From the IMG/VR virus record IMGVR_UViG_3300010283_000004, positions 1 to 46,729 of that record: a DNA stretch of 46,729 nucleotides; one strand, given 5' to 3'. Shown one piece after another: positions 16,178-22,707 of this stretch (position 1 is its first letter; the number at the start of each line of letters is the position of its first letter). Source of the DNA: a virus. A program made the position numbers and the translations under genes. The notes beneath the pieces were generated by a model, which saw only the letters and a program-made list of their open reading frames with translations, searched no databases and was not told where the DNA came from.

Positions 16178-16416
16178 TGACAATTCTTGAACGTAAACGT
16201 ATATTACAAACGAAAATCACTTGCAAGACTAGCCGCATCTGCCCGCGTCAGCGGAAGTGGGCAAAACTTAGAGTGGTACAAAAATCCACGGTTCCGGGAC
16301 CTAGTTTCCTTTCAAAATTAATCCGCAAGCACCGCGAAGTTGTATTACTTCACAGCGCTCGTGGCTACTGTCAAGTTTTTGCTTATTGCGTAACGGAGGT
16401 GACGCCGATATTATGA
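16177..16416 (+). CDS. Doubtful ORF (very basic, Cys/Arg/Lys-rich 79 aa); the region may be non-coding
   Basis: It is the only open frame across this interval, but its composition looks non-protein-like and no SD is visible. Confidence 0.2.
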   Translation: MTILERKRILQTKITCKTSRICPRQRKWAKLRVVQKSTVPGPSFLSKLIRKHREVVLLHSARGYCQVFAYCVTEVTPIL

Positions 16417-16643
16417 TTAATTTGTATCCTGTAATTGCTGAAAAATTGCATGTCCCTGTTGGCAAAGCGTTTAAGCTCAAGCCGAAGCATGGTGGAGCGT
16501 ATCCGGCACAGTACCGTTTTATCGCTGATGATTTGGAGTACCGTCCAAGCCAGTGCTGCCATTGGTCAAGTATAGGTAATCAGTCTATGCAGATGCGTAT
16601 TTTTCTGGCTTTGCTGCGTGGCGGTGTGGAGGTTGTAGAATGA
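16413..16643 (+). CDS. Hypothetical protein
   Basis: 76 aa from the ATG at 16413, with ggaggtg upstream. Confidence 0.5.
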   Translation: MINLYPVIAEKLHVPVGKAFKLKPKHGGAYPAQYRFIADDLEYRPSQCCHWSSIGNQSMQMRIFLALLRGGVEVVE

Positions 16644-16936
16644 ATAAATATCAAGAATATATTTTGAGCGTGTTGAATGACCACGAACTGCTGGAACAGC
16701 TGGCCGAAGAGGCTGCTGAGCTGTCACAGGCAGCATTGAAGCTTATCCGTGCAAGTGGATATAGTAACAATCCTACGCCAGTCACTGAGCAGGAAGCAGA
16801 AGCCAACCTTGAGGAAGAGCTGCATGATGTTTTAGCTGTCGCCAGTCTGCTTGCATTCATTGATTATAACGACGATGAAAATCCTAAATGGAAACGCTGG
16901 GCAGAACGGTTAGGCATGAAGGTGGAAAAGGAGTAA
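16640..16936 (+). CDS. MazG-like nucleotide pyrophosphohydrolase family protein
   Basis: LAEEAAELSQAALK ... LEEELHDVLAVASLL matches the paired EExxE / ExxD helices of all-alpha NTP-PPases. Confidence 0.5.
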   Translation: MNKYQEYILSVLNDHELLEQLAEEAAELSQAALKLIRASGYSNNPTPVTEQEAEANLEEELHDVLAVASLLAFIDYNDDENPKWKRWAERLGMKVEKE

Positions 16937-16940
16937 AGGC

Positions 16941-17264
16941 ATGGAGTGGAATGAAGAATTAGAGAAAAAACTGAAACGCCATGGCGAATTCTGGCACGCG
17001 GAAAATCTTGCATCGAGTATTATATTCGACGGCCGTCGCGCGCTTGAACACTATACTGCCGATGAAATGCGTACGAAATTTGAGCCTATAGCAAAGCAGT
17101 ACAGAGAAAGCGGGCGCTTTATCAACTGTCTGGCATCTGATGCCTTGGTGATGTACTGCAAGGAGCAGGGCTATAAATGGGAGTGGTACCCACCTAGCCC
17201 GTTGGGCGAGTATTGGTTTGTGCTGCCCAAAGAGGAATTGTTTCAGGAGGGTTATTATGATTGA
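16941..17264 (+). CDS. Hypothetical protein
   Basis: 107 aa with SD aaaaggag. Confidence 0.6.
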   Translation: MEWNEELEKKLKRHGEFWHAENLASSIIFDGRRALEHYTADEMRTKFEPIAKQYRESGRFINCLASDALVMYCKEQGYKWEWYPPSPLGEYWFVLPKEELFQEGYYD

Positions 17265-17571
17265 ATCTAAAGAATTTGCATTGTTTATTGCTAACGAGCT
17301 TGAACGCGTAGGTGATTTATTCGAAGAAAAACATCAGCAGTATTCTGCTGGTGATGATCCGCTGTCAAACTTCCGCACCGGCGCGCTGCTGGAGCATCGT
17401 GATGGCAGCTACGAGAAGATGTACGAGGTGGCTAAGGGTTATCTGAATAAGCATATCGCTTTCATTTATGACCATGGTATCGTTAACAAAACGGAGGAAT
17501 CCTTGCGCGACATGGTGATCTATGGTCTGATTATGTTGTACATAGTTAAGAATAATCAGGAGCTTGAGTAG
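17257..17571 (+). CDS. Hypothetical protein (possibly DUF1599-like)
   Basis: 104 aa from the ATG at 17257 with SD ggaggg. The EKHQQYSAGDDPLSNFR ... LNKHIAF pattern is only weakly reminiscent of DUF1599. Confidence 0.55.
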   Translation: MIESKEFALFIANELERVGDLFEEKHQQYSAGDDPLSNFRTGALLEHRDGSYEKMYEVAKGYLNKHIAFIYDHGIVNKTEESLRDMVIYGLIMLYIVKNNQELE

Positions 17572-17588
17572 GCGAAGGAGTGAGCTTG

Positions 17589-17888
17589 ATGAGCAGTAAA
17601 CGTAAACTTAAGCGCCGCAATCCTGCGCCGGTGGCAGGCTTTAAATACGAGCGCATGTGTCAGACGGTGTCCGAACAGGCAATTTATCATGTGCTTGCTG
17701 TTGCGATTGATATCCTCTGGAATAACTTTGGTGGCCTGCAGCCTAAACATACACGTCTGAAGTTCTTCGCTGAGACGCTTCGTGAACGGCTTGAAGTTGT
17801 TGACCAAGGATTTACGCCGTCGCAGCAGGCAGCTATGGATGAGCTGCAGCGTCAGGCTGGGTATAGCGTGATTTGCAATCCGAAGTAA
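17589..17888 (+). CDS. Hypothetical protein
   Basis: 99 aa from the ATG at 17589 with SD gaaggag. It is the last gene before a strong terminator. Confidence 0.55.
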   Translation: MSSKRKLKRRNPAPVAGFKYERMCQTVSEQAIYHVLAVAIDILWNNFGGLQPKHTRLKFFAETLRERLEVVDQGFTPSQQAAMDELQRQAGYSVICNPK

Positions 17889-17922
17889 AAAAACGCGGTA
17901 AAAAGCAGGATTTTTTATTTCT

Positions 17923-17966
17923 CAGGTAGAATAAGATAAATATCTTATTCTACCTGTATTTTTTAT
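17923..17966 (+). terminator. Rho-independent terminator ending the early/middle operon
   Basis: 16-bp perfect stem caggtagaataagata / tatcttattctacctg (17923..17956) followed by tattttttat. Confidence 0.85.
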
Positions 17967-17970
17967 GGTG

Positions 17971-17999
17971 TTGACGAATCAGGATAATGATTGTACAAT
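17971..17999 (+). promoter_or_regulatory. Promoter of the three-gene island (TTGACG, 17 bp spacer, TACAAT)
   Basis: ttgacg at 17971..17976 and tacaat at 17994..17999 with a 17-bp spacer. It lies directly after the terminator. Confidence 0.65.
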
Positions 18000-18047
18000 A
18001 TAACAAGTTATAGCTAAATATAGCAAGATATAGGACGTGGTATACTT

Positions 18048-18563
18048 ATGGTTAACATCAAGGGCTTTCATGGCACGTTGGACGAAAAAGCTAATAAAAT
18101 TTTAAATAGCAGATTTATCCATAGCAGTAAAAATAGTGAGTGGCTTGGTTCTGGTGTATACTTCTTTGCAAAGAGACAAGATGCTGAATGGTGGGCAGAC
18201 TTAGAAACTGATAAACGAAAGAATCAAGGGTCTTTGCCAGCAGTTTTGTCAGCCGATATTATCACTGAAGATGAATTTTTCTATGATTTGGATTTTGGCT
18301 TCAATATGAATAAGATGATAGAAGAATCAAGAGATCTTCTAGAAGGTCTAAAAGGAAATCTTAATATGAATGAAGCAGAGATGAGATGTGTTGCATGTAA
18401 TTTTTTTGCTAAATTGTATGGAATAAAAGTATTTGCTTATACATTTCCATCTATAGCTCGAAATGAAATAGGGTTTCCGTACACAAGAAAACAACGGCAA
18501 ATTTGCGTGAATGATGATGATTGTATAAAAAATATACAAAAAGTTAAGGAAAGGGGTGGCTGA
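18048..18563 (+). CDS. Putative toxin: 171-aa protein with an H-Y-type ADP-ribosyltransferase-like N-terminal motif (DUF3990-like?)
   Basis: GFHGT(8-10)...WLGSGVYFFAKRQDAEWWA parallels YHGT...GFY of diphtheria toxin/exotoxin A and HGS...GxGxYF of PARPs. The third catalytic residue could not be identified by eye. It is the first gene of the AT-rich island. Confidence 0.45.
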   Translation: MVNIKGFHGTLDEKANKILNSRFIHSSKNSEWLGSGVYFFAKRQDAEWWADLETDKRKNQGSLPAVLSADIITEDEFFYDLDFGFNMNKMIEESRDLLEGLKGNLNMNEAEMRCVACNFFAKLYGIKVFAYTFPSIARNEIGFPYTRKQRQICVNDDDCIKNIQKVKERGG

Positions 18564-18565
18564 TT

Positions 18566-18805
18566 ATGTCTTACTCTAAAAAAGAATTGTTGTTCATAGA
18601 AGTTCTAAAAGAGATGGGTTTAGATTTTAAAGAAGGACCTGGAAGAATTACTATCGAGGGTGTTCCTGCTGCACAGTATCTTGATGAACACGATATTTTT
18701 GCAGTACCTGAAGAAGTATTTATTCAAGTAGGTTTTTCTGCTGAAGAAGAATATCAAGACGAGTTGTTTGATGGTTGTGAGAATAACTTGCGAAACGCAG
18801 CTTAG
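18566..18805 (+). CDS. Small acidic protein, putative antitoxin
   Basis: 79 aa, rich in D/E, with SD aaaggggtgg. It starts 2 nt after the upstream stop. Its middle position matches the toxin-antitoxin-chaperone gene order. Confidence 0.45.
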   Translation: MSYSKKELLFIEVLKEMGLDFKEGPGRITIEGVPAAQYLDEHDIFAVPEEVFIQVGFSAEEEYQDELFDGCENNLRNAA

Positions 18806-18816
18806 AAGGTGAGAAA

Positions 18817-19218
18817 ATGGAAATACGAGGAAATAGTCAAAGTGCCTTGCGCTTAAAAAATATATTTTTCCAAGATATTCATATGGAAAACAGTGGTAAA
18901 AAAACTAAAAATGTTGATGATGCACAAGCAGGATTCAGATTAGAGAAGCCGATCATTGACGAAAAATCTTTAAAAGTAGGTTTGCGGTGCAAAGTAGAGA
19001 TTGAAGGAGTTTTATATCTTCAACTATTGTTGATTGGTGAATTTGAAGGAGAAAATGAAGAGTTTCTAAAGCGTATGGTTCCTAATGCCATTGCTATAAT
19101 TTTCCCATATATGCGTAGTCAAGTTACACTGATGACAGCGCAGCCGAACTTGCCGCCGATTGTTCTTCCTCCGATCAATATCAACTCATTATTAAAAACT
19201 GACCAGATAAAATTCTAA
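18817..19218 (+). CDS. SecB-like chaperone
   Basis: LRLKNIFFQDIHME aligns with SecB FQIQRIYTKDISFE. VPNAIAIIFPYMRSQVTLMTAQPNLPPIVLPPININSLL aligns with SecB [36 protein letters not shown]. Confidence 0.8.
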   Translation: MEIRGNSQSALRLKNIFFQDIHMENSGKKTKNVDDAQAGFRLEKPIIDEKSLKVGLRCKVEIEGVLYLQLLLIGEFEGENEEFLKRMVPNAIAIIFPYMRSQVTLMTAQPNLPPIVLPPININSLLKTDQIKF

Positions 19219-19233
19219 AACAATAATTTACTC

Positions 19234-19270
19234 GACCGTTCCGTTTTGGAGCGGTCTAATTTTTCTTTAA
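19234..19270 (+). terminator. Rho-independent terminator closing the three-gene island
   Basis: Stem gaccgttcc / ggagcggtc (one G-U pair) followed by taatttttcttt. Confidence 0.7.
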
Positions 19271-19272
19271 AA

Positions 19273-19326
19273 TTCACAAAGAGTTCACAAAGGCGTGAGA
19301 AAAAGCGGTGATTTTTATGGTATAAT
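19273..19326 (+). promoter_or_regulatory. tRNA promoter: extended -10 TGgTATAAT (19318..19326), preceded by two ttcacaaag direct repeats
   Basis: ttcacaaag at 19273..19281 and 19284..19292 (11-bp phasing). tggtataat lies about 50 nt upstream of the tRNA 5' end. Confidence 0.5.
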
Positions 19327-19377
19327 AAAAACCGTGGAGAAGTGTCGATAAAATTCGATGCTCCTTTTGTTTTTTAT

Positions 19378-19468
19378 GCTGTCGTACTCAAGTCTGGTTT
19401 AAGAGGCCGCTTTTCATAAGCGGTAGGCGGATAATCTCCGTGCGTGGGTTCGTATCCCACCGGCAGCA
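19378..19468 (+). tRNA. Class II (long variable arm, Ser/Leu-like) tRNA with anticodon UCA: putative opal (UGA) suppressor
   Basis: Hand fold. Acceptor gctgtcg/cggcagc (7 bp). D arm ctc-aagtctggtttaa-gag, very like Bacillus tRNA-Ser. Anticodon stem ccgct/agcgg with loop tt-TCA-ta (anticodon at 19414..19416). 5-bp variable stem. T arm gtggg-ttcgtat-cccac. Discriminator A, and CCA is not encoded. U37 and U58 are atypical. Confidence 0.6.
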
Positions 19469-19480
19469 CCTGTTTATGTA

Positions 19481-19510
19481 GCGTCTGGCTTTTAGCCAGG
19501 CGCTTTTTTT
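19481..19510 (+). terminator. Rho-independent terminator directly after the tRNA
   Basis: gcgtctggc / gccaggcgc stem with a 5-nt loop and a T7 run (19504..19510). Confidence 0.8.
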
Positions 19511-19615
19511 ATGCCCGGAAGCCGCAACCTAAGGGACGGGACATCCCTTATTATTCTCAAATCCTCAGCGGTAGTCCGGGCACCAAACTTGCGAATATTT
19601 ACAAGGAGTGTTACC

Positions 19616-20605
19616 ATGTATATAAGCCCATTGATTATGGCAGCGCGCATCTTAGATGCTGCTTATACCAAAGATCCGAATCCTGAAAATTGGCGTACAA
19701 TCAGTGGTGCAAAAGTGCATCTTGATGGTAATGGTGACATCGATGGTGGTGCTGGTGGAAAGTTTACAGGGGAGAGTTTTACTGGTAAGAGCAGTAAAGC
19801 TGAGAATTATTCAGCTTCAGCTAGTTATGGCACTCAAACAGTACCACAGAATTCAGTGGAGGGTGTACTTCCCAAGAAGAAGTCATCGTTACGACAGGCG
19901 GCAAAAGTTTTTACAGAAGCGGAGACGGTTGGGTTAAGTAGTTTATCTAAAGCGTCAGACTATTGCCGTAATCTTGTACAATATGCTAAGGACAATAATG
20001 TTACGTCAGTTAAAGTTAGTAGACTAAAAAAGCCGTTAAAGGAAAAAGAGATTATTGCTCGAATTGCTGGTGGCGACGAGACCCAGGGCTCTTGTGCTTC
20101 TTTAGCCCTTGCTTATATTGCTAATAAATGTGGCCTTGATGTTTTGGATTTTCGTGGTGGTGAAAGTCAACAAATGTTTTCAGATCTTTTCAATTTAGTT
20201 CGGATAGGACGTTTTTCTGGTGTGGAAGAGGTGAAGGGCTTAACTTCATTGTCAGATTTTGAAAGCTTATCGGGATTCCTTGCTAATTTAGAAATGAATA
20301 AAGAATATTTTTTCAGTACTGGTGCTCATGCGGCGATTGTAAAAAGGACAAAAAGAGGATTTTGTTATCTAGAATTACAAAGTCCTGACAAGAGGGACAA
20401 TGGCTGGAAATGTCGGGGTTCTGATCCTAGAAGTATAACTAATGCGCTACTTTGGCGGTTTGGTTGCCGTCCTGAAAGACCAGGGTTTTCAGTTATGTTT
20501 TCTGTGGATTCTTGTAAAAATAGTAAGGAATTTGAGCATATAACTCAATATTTTAATACAAACGCAGAATCTCAGCAGAAGGGAGCGAATGGCAGTGTCA
20601 AATGA
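19616..20605 (+). CDS. Candidate virion-delivered effector (polyvalent-protein-like N-terminal linker plus a Cys/His papain-like-looking C-terminal domain)
   Basis: Start moved to the ATG at 19616 with SD aaggag, because the ORF-track start at 19511 lies inside the tRNA terminator. The N-terminus is NPENWRTISGAKVHLDGNGDIDGGAGGKF. The candidate nucleophile is ETQGSCASLALAY, followed by STGAHAAIV. Confidence 0.65.
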   Translation: MYISPLIMAARILDAAYTKDPNPENWRTISGAKVHLDGNGDIDGGAGGKFTGESFTGKSSKAENYSASASYGTQTVPQNSVEGVLPKKKSSLRQAAKVFTEAETVGLSSLSKASDYCRNLVQYAKDNNVTSVKVSRLKKPLKEKEIIARIAGGDETQGSCASLALAYIANKCGLDVLDFRGGESQQMFSDLFNLVRIGRFSGVEEVKGLTSLSDFESLSGFLANLEMNKEYFFSTGAHAAIVKRTKRGFCYLELQSPDKRDNGWKCRGSDPRSITNALLWRFGCRPERPGFSVMFSVDSCKNSKEFEHITQYFNTNAESQQKGANGSVK

Positions 20606-20828
20606 TAATATTTGGTATAAGAGGAATCCTTCTGACACCGTTTGGTGGCAGGACAATGGTCGTATAGGTGTCATGATTTTTAGTTTCGACCGCATAATCG
20701 AATACAATTTATTTCAAGATTACCCATGGAAATTATCCGCAGAGCAGAAAGCTGTGTTTGACAGAGAGAATCCTTTTTGGGCTAATTTCTTTGCTTCCCG
20801 TAGTGAAAGTCAGAACAATGGAAAATAA
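20589..20828 (+). CDS. Small Trp-rich protein, possible cognate immunity/partner of the upstream effector
   Basis: 79 aa with SD aagggag. It overlaps the upstream gene by 17 nt. Confidence 0.55.
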   Translation: MAVSNDNIWYKRNPSDTVWWQDNGRIGVMIFSFDRIIEYNLFQDYPWKLSAEQKAVFDRENPFWANFFASRSESQNNGK

Positions 20829-20976
20829 ATCCTCTGGTGGCGCATGTCGTGGCGCAGGTCGTCCGAAGCTGCCGCCTGAACTTAAATCAAAGCGCAAGCA
20901 TTACAACTGGTACGTCACGGAAGAAGAGCGTACGTTCCTGCTGGAGCAACTTGCTGGATATCGAAAAAATCACTAA
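20818..20976 (+). CDS. Small ribbon-helix-helix-like protein
   Basis: 52 aa from the ATG at 20818. GRPKLPPELKSKRKHYNWYVTEEERTFLLEQLA fits a beta-strand followed by a helix, as in RHH/CopG-type proteins. Confidence 0.4.
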   Translation: MENKSSGGACRGAGRPKLPPELKSKRKHYNWYVTEEERTFLLEQLAGYRKNH

Positions 20977-20981
20977 CGTAA

Positions 20982-21014
20982 CCCTCGAGCTTAACGGCTC
21001 GGGGGTTTTTATTT
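20982..21014 (+). terminator. Rho-independent terminator before the packaging genes
   Basis: ccctcgagc / gctcggggg stem followed by tttttatttt. Confidence 0.7.
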
Positions 21015-21040
21015 TGCAAGAATAGAGGTGGTGTATATGA

Positions 21041-21385
21041 ATGCCTAGAGGAGATAATCCGAATAGTAGGAAAGCATTAGCTGAAAATAGAGCAAAAACA
21101 CAGTTTCGCGGTGAAAGCGCGGTGAGAGCCGCAGAAAAATCTAATGAGAAGCGTCGTAAGCTGCGTACATTCCGTGAGCTTGACGAAGACTTTACCAGTG
21201 ATAAAGAGCGCCTCGATATGCTTGAAGCACTTAAAGCAAAGGTTAAGCAGGGGAATGTTAAGGCGTTTGAAGTATATCGTGACACCATGGGAATGAATCC
21301 GAAAGAGTCTGCTGGACAGACTCAATATGAGGATGATGGCTTTACCGATGCAATCAAACGCAGTGCAGGGGAGGTTTGGAAATGA
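21041..21385 (+). CDS. terS: Terminase small subunit
   Basis: 114 aa. The N-terminus PRGDNPNSRKALAENRAK is typical of small terminases. ATGA-coupled to the large subunit gene. Confidence 0.7.
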   Translation: MPRGDNPNSRKALAENRAKTQFRGESAVRAAEKSNEKRRKLRTFRELDEDFTSDKERLDMLEALKAKVKQGNVKAFEVYRDTMGMNPKESAGQTQYEDDGFTDAIKRSAGEVWK

Positions 21386-22707
21386 TAGGAAATCTCCGTT
21401 CTGTTATCAAGCCCGTAATACATTTTGAAAGTTTTAGTAAAAAACAAATGCAGCTTTTAACGTGGTGGTGTCCCGAATCACCATACCACGATTATGCTGG
21501 CATCATAGCTGACGGCTCCATTCGTGCTGGGAAGACAGTAGCGATGGCCGTCAGCTTTATTATTTGGGCTATGGATACCTACGATGGCCAGAACTTTGCT
21601 ATGTGCGGCAAGACTGTAGGCAGCTTCAGACGTAACGTCTGGAAATGGCTGAAACCGGTACTGTTGGTACGTGGTTATCAGCTCGAAGAATCACGCACTG
21701 AGAATCTTATTGTTATAGCTAAGGACGAACGCATTAACTATTTTTATGTGTTTGGCGGAAGGGACGAATCATCACAGGATCTTATCCAAGGTATAACATT
21801 GGCTGGCCTTTACTGTGATGAGGTCGCGCTGATGCCGGAGTCGTTTGTCAATCAGGCAACAGGTCGTTGTTCTGTAGAGGGCGCTAAAATGTGGTTCAAC
21901 TGTAACCCTGATTCACCTATGCATTGGTTCTTGCTCCGGTGGATTGAAAAGCGGGATGAGAAAAGGCTGCTGCATCTCCATTTTCTGATGGATGATAATC
22001 CTTCACTTAGTGAGGCAGTGCGGGAGCGTTACCGCACAACTTATTCCGGAGTATTCTACAGACGATTTATCCTAGGCGAATGGGTAATGGCTCAAGGTGC
22101 TATTTATCGTGATGCATGGGATGATGATGAGCTGCTCTTTGATGACGAGAAGCTGGAGTATCTGCTCCGTAATCTTCACATCATGAAGCGCTCTATAACG
22201 ATAGACTATGGTACAGTCAATCCTATGGTTTATCTTGACGTGCTCGATGATGGTACAGATTTGTGGTTTATACGTGAGTATTACTGGGATAGCAGAGCAG
22301 AACAACGCGAGAAGGACAACAGCCAGTACGCTGATGACCTGCTTGAGTTCGTGCGTGGAGTTGAGCTGTGGCCTTCAAACGTGGTTATTGACCCATCTGC
22401 AGCAAGCTTTAAGATTGAGCTGCGCAACCGAGGCTTGCATGCAAAAGAGACTGTGGAAACAATCAACGCCGACAATGATGTTATAGAGGGCATCCGCAAG
22501 GTGAATACACTGATGACTCGACGTAAGATACATTTTTATAAGGGCTTGACTCATACAATTAAGGAGTTAAAGGCTTATGTATGGGATGATAAAGCGCTGC
22601 AGAACAGCGGTAAGGAGAAGCCTATTAAGGTAGCAGACCACTGTCCGGATGCGGTCCGCTATTATGTCAGCACTATAATCAGGCCAAGGAGGATAGCAAA
22701 TGTCTAA
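21382..22707 (+). CDS. terL: Terminase large subunit (PBSX/Terminase_3-type)
   Basis: Walker A DGSIRAGKT and Walker B LYCDEV. A C-terminal nuclease region with DHCPDAVRY is present. ATG at 21382 with SD ggggagg. Confidence 0.9.
   Translation: MIGNLRSVIKPVIHFESFSKKQMQLLTWWCPESPYHDYAGIIADGSIRAGKTVAMAVSFIIWAMDTYDGQNFAMCGKTVGSFRRNVWKWLKPVLLVRGYQLEESRTENLIVIAKDERINYFYVFGGRDESSQDLIQGITLAGLYCDEVALMPESFVNQATGRCSVEGAKMWFNCNPDSPMHWFLLRWIEKRDEKRLLHLHFLMDDNPSLSEAVRERYRTTYSGVFYRRFILGEWVMAQGAIYRDAWDDDELLFDDEKLEYLLRNLHIMKRSITIDYGTVNPMVYLDVLDDGTDLWFIREYYWDSRAEQREKDNSQYADDLLEFVRGVELWPSNVVIDPSAASFKIELRNRGLHAKETVETINADNDVIEGIRKVNTLMTRRKIHFYKGLTHTIKELKAYVWDDKALQNSGKEKPIKVADHCPDAVRYYVSTIIRPRRIANV

Noticed and set aside
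16177-16412. Possible ncRNA or late promoter in the ~235-bp stretch after the sigma-like regulator.
   Set aside because: I could find no convincing -35/-10 pair, terminator or conserved secondary structure by eye. The only evidence is the poor-looking ORF, so it is left as a low-confidence feature.
19378-19468. Selenocysteine tRNA (selC), because the anticodon is UCA.
   Set aside because: The fold is 7-bp acceptor plus 5-bp T stem with a 3-bp D stem and a Ser-like D loop. Bacterial tRNA-Sec has an 8/5 geometry with a 6-bp D stem. No SECIS-like context or selA/selB genes are present.
19511-19615. ORF-track start of the 364-aa protein at 19511.
   Set aside because: That ATG sits within or adjacent to the T-run of the tRNA terminator and has no SD. 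The ATG at 19616 has aaggag 7 nt upstream.
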